In this document: positions 61,322 through 64,000 of the stretch, in pieces
How the letters are laid out: each line of letters starts with the position of its first letter
How positions within the stretch are numbered: position 1 is the stretch's first letter
From: Vezdaea acicularis
Taxonomy: Eukaryota
Assembly (NCBI GenBank): GCA_026025075.1
Contig: JAPEUI010000067.1
Coordinates: 1-64,000 of the forward strand
Direction of reading: 5' to 3'
Length of the DNA stretch: 64,000 nucleotides
Notes under the pieces: model-generated
The model's database searches: none
What the model was told of the DNA's origin: nothing
The model's input: the letters and a program-made list of their open reading frames with translations, nothing else
Translations under genes and position numbers: made by a program

Positions 61322-63614
61322 ATGGCTGATCGTAGTCCACCAAAACGACGCGCGCAGCTCTCGGACACGATGGATATGTCCCCATCGGCTCAGCAGATAT
61401 CATCGTCCCCCGCCCCTGCATCCAGTGGTAACAGCTCTACCAAGCCTAGGAAACCTCCGCCGGTAACCCCGAATTCATTTCGAAGATTCTTTACGCCCCG
61501 CGCAACCAAGTCGAACGAAAGACGACCTTCTCGAGCTCGCCAAGCATTGAAAGACATAACTACTCCAGCAATCAATCGGTCATTAAGGTCACGATTGAAG
61601 CTTGAGCACCAAGAGTCAGGCTTTTCTGATATTCACATATTTGAAGACGGTCCTGTCAAAGAGGATCCTGTCACACCAATAAGGAAAAAAAGGCTGCTAC
61701 TGTCGCCAGGGGCTTCTGGCGAATCAACACAAAACTTTAAAAGAAGACGTACCTATATCACTAGGAGCAAAATTCAAACAGGGAATGAATCCTTAGATGT
61801 GGGAACAGATACTAGCTCCCCCGAGGATAGCGAAGAGGAAATTACCTGTACGAATACTCAGCAACCCATCAGACGACCTCGAGAAGCATTTTTGCCTGTT
61901 CAACTGTTGAACCGTAGTTTAGGGGGCACGGGTGGAACGAGATTTAGGAATGCTCCTAAGCTGGGTTCAAGTATGTCTTTGAGATTTCAGTATGACCTTG
62001 TTAACCATAGATTATAGGCTGGCCAAAGGAGACATCTAGATTCTTTTCCAGGCCATCTGATGCCTACTGGTGTAGAAAGGAAGGCCACGCGAGTCTCACT
62101 TTGCCGTTTTGCAGTGCCAGCTGTACTAGTATGTTTTAGACGTCGAACAGAGAAAGTTTGGTGCTGACAGATTTCTCAAAGCAAACTCTCTAGTCGCTAT
62201 TGGCGATGAAGACGGCGGGGTGCGCCTTATTGAAGCCGCAGACAATGGGAAGCCCCCTTTCCAAACCCCATACCTACACTTTCAGCCACATCAAAATGCA
62301 ATACTTGATCTCGCCTTTTCAATTGACGATGCTCGCCTTGCTACAGCATCAGGAGATCAAAGCGCACGTATTGTGGACATGCGCACACAGCAAGTGGTAC
62401 ACAATCTGACTGGACATCTCGCGTCTGTGAAAAAGGTCCAATTTCAACCCGGTGACTCCAGGGGAAATGTCATTGCAACATCAAGTCGAGATGGTAGTGT
62501 CAAGATCTGGGATCTTAGATGCAACGGTGTTCAGAGACCCGCCCAGGAGCTGTTCTTTTCTCTCAGCTCCGACGCAGGAGTAAGAGAGGCCAGAAATACG
62601 ACAGACAAGGCGGCATGGCTGCAGCCTGTCAACGCCATTGTTGATGCACACGCAGATCGACGAACCACTAGTATCAATACCAGTCATCAAAAACAATCGG
62701 CGACGCCGGACAATCCTTCGCGTACAGAGCAGATGGGTCGACGAGGAGGGGTCTCCGTAACCACGTTGACATTTCTCCAACCTGGTCGGGAACACCTTTT
62801 ACTGACGGCTTCAGAGGCCAATGCTTGTATCAAAGTATGGGATTTAAGGGCGGCCCACTCAAGCCGTCGAAATGGTGCAGTAGTGCTGTCTACAACGAAA
62901 CAACCGGAGAGTCATGACAAACATCGACTGTTTGGAGTCAACTCTTTATGCTTGAATGGAGATGGTAGCCGTGTTTATAGCCTTTGTCGAGACTCCACGA
63001 TTTACGCTTATTCAACTAACCATCTCATTCTTGGACATGCACCTGAGCTCGACCCAGGAACATCGCGAGCTCGTCGCTCCGCTCAGGCATCACAAGAAGG
63101 ACTTGGTCCACTGTATGGATTCCGGCACCCACAGTTTCGCGCGACGACTTTTTACGTCAAAATGAGTTTACGCCGAGCTGTGGCCGATCGGTCAGAAATG
63201 CTCGCCGTCGGTAGCGGCGACGGTTGTGCAATCATCTTTCCCACTGATGAAAGGTGTATTGAACAGACACGGACGTCGAGAGGGCCTGGTCGGGCCCAAG
63301 AGTCTCAAACCTCAGAGCCTCCTGCCACGCCTCGACCTGCACTCCGACGCATTAGCAGTGGGTTTGGGAGACTTAATGACACAATTCCCATCTACGAACA
63401 GGGAACCGCGCTTATTAAAGGCCACCAGAGGGAGGTCTCAGATATATCATGGACGCACAATGGTGATTTGATTACTATTGGAGATGATTCTTTAGTCAGA
63501 CGTTGGAGAGAAGGCTCTGATGCGAAAGAAATCAGAAAGGGCGGAGAATTGGAGGGAAAGCGTTGGCAATGTGGCTGGGCCGATGCTTGTGACAGTGAGG
63601 GAGAATCAGATTAG
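61322..63614 (+). CDS. CDT2: WD40-repeat CRL4 substrate receptor Cdt2/DTL
   Basis: LPFC..SC, LVAIGDEDGGVRL, HQNAILDLAFS..LATASGDQS, SSRDGSVKIWDLR, TFYVK, GHQREVSDISW, DDSLVRRW; 2 introns. Confidence 0.85.
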
Positions 63615-64000
63615 AGAGTCAGGTCTTATTTCCGTGGCACTCCTTGTTGTTTGGATGGAGGACTGCTCCAGAGCGATCACTACGTATGAAGTCAACAGCG
63701 TCAAAGTGTGGTAGAACAAAGATGCTAATCATGTCTGCACGTCTGGGTTGCTCACCTGTGCGTGAATATTTCGAGATTTGAACTAGTCCTTCGATGTCCA
63801 ACCTGCTCGACTTCGAGAGAGACTTGAGGTATAACGCCAACCAGCATTTCATACAGCCTTCGGTTTTTCGACCTTGCAACACGTCATTATCAAGTATGCT
63901 ACTCTAGTATTGAATACATCACTCACAAGAACCCAAGCAAACTCGACGATAAAGTCTTTAGTGCATGTTGACAGAATTTTGTGGTATATTATTGTTGGAA

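Noticed and set aside
63619..64000. Possible 3' exons of a minus-strand gene at the window edge
   Set aside because: Splice-like signals present, but frame and product cannot be established

Overview
Eukaryotic, intron-containing DNA from a filamentous ascomycete (Pezizomycotina; GT-AG introns with CTAAC/CTGAC branch points; a lichen-type fungus is only a guess). About 26 protein-coding genes: homeobox-type TF (5' truncated), DUF4211 protein, a 4-exon orphan, a divergent ERG20/FPPS-family prenyltransferase, DUF4449-type protein, U1-70K, MRT4, MDM10, DCP2, DUF4112, two paralogous multi-zinc-finger genes, NCS2, three related secreted Cys-rich proteins, a FEX fluoride exporter, a thymine-salvage group (UPRT, thymine 7-hydroxylase, isoorotate decarboxylase), LDB19 arrestin, RRP5 and CDT2. 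No rRNA, tRNA, CRISPR or intact transposon was recognised. Most notable: (1) a dense array of 5'-splice-site-like AAG|GTA motifs just downstream of the U1-70K stop codon, suggesting U1 snRNP autoregulation; (2) an FPPS paralog lacking the aromatic chain-length-limiting residues and carrying a presequence-like N-terminus; (3) a cluster of three 8-Cys secreted paralogs; (4) a pyrimidine salvage cluster next to FEX. Exon boundaries were read by eye and family names come from recalled motifs, not searches.
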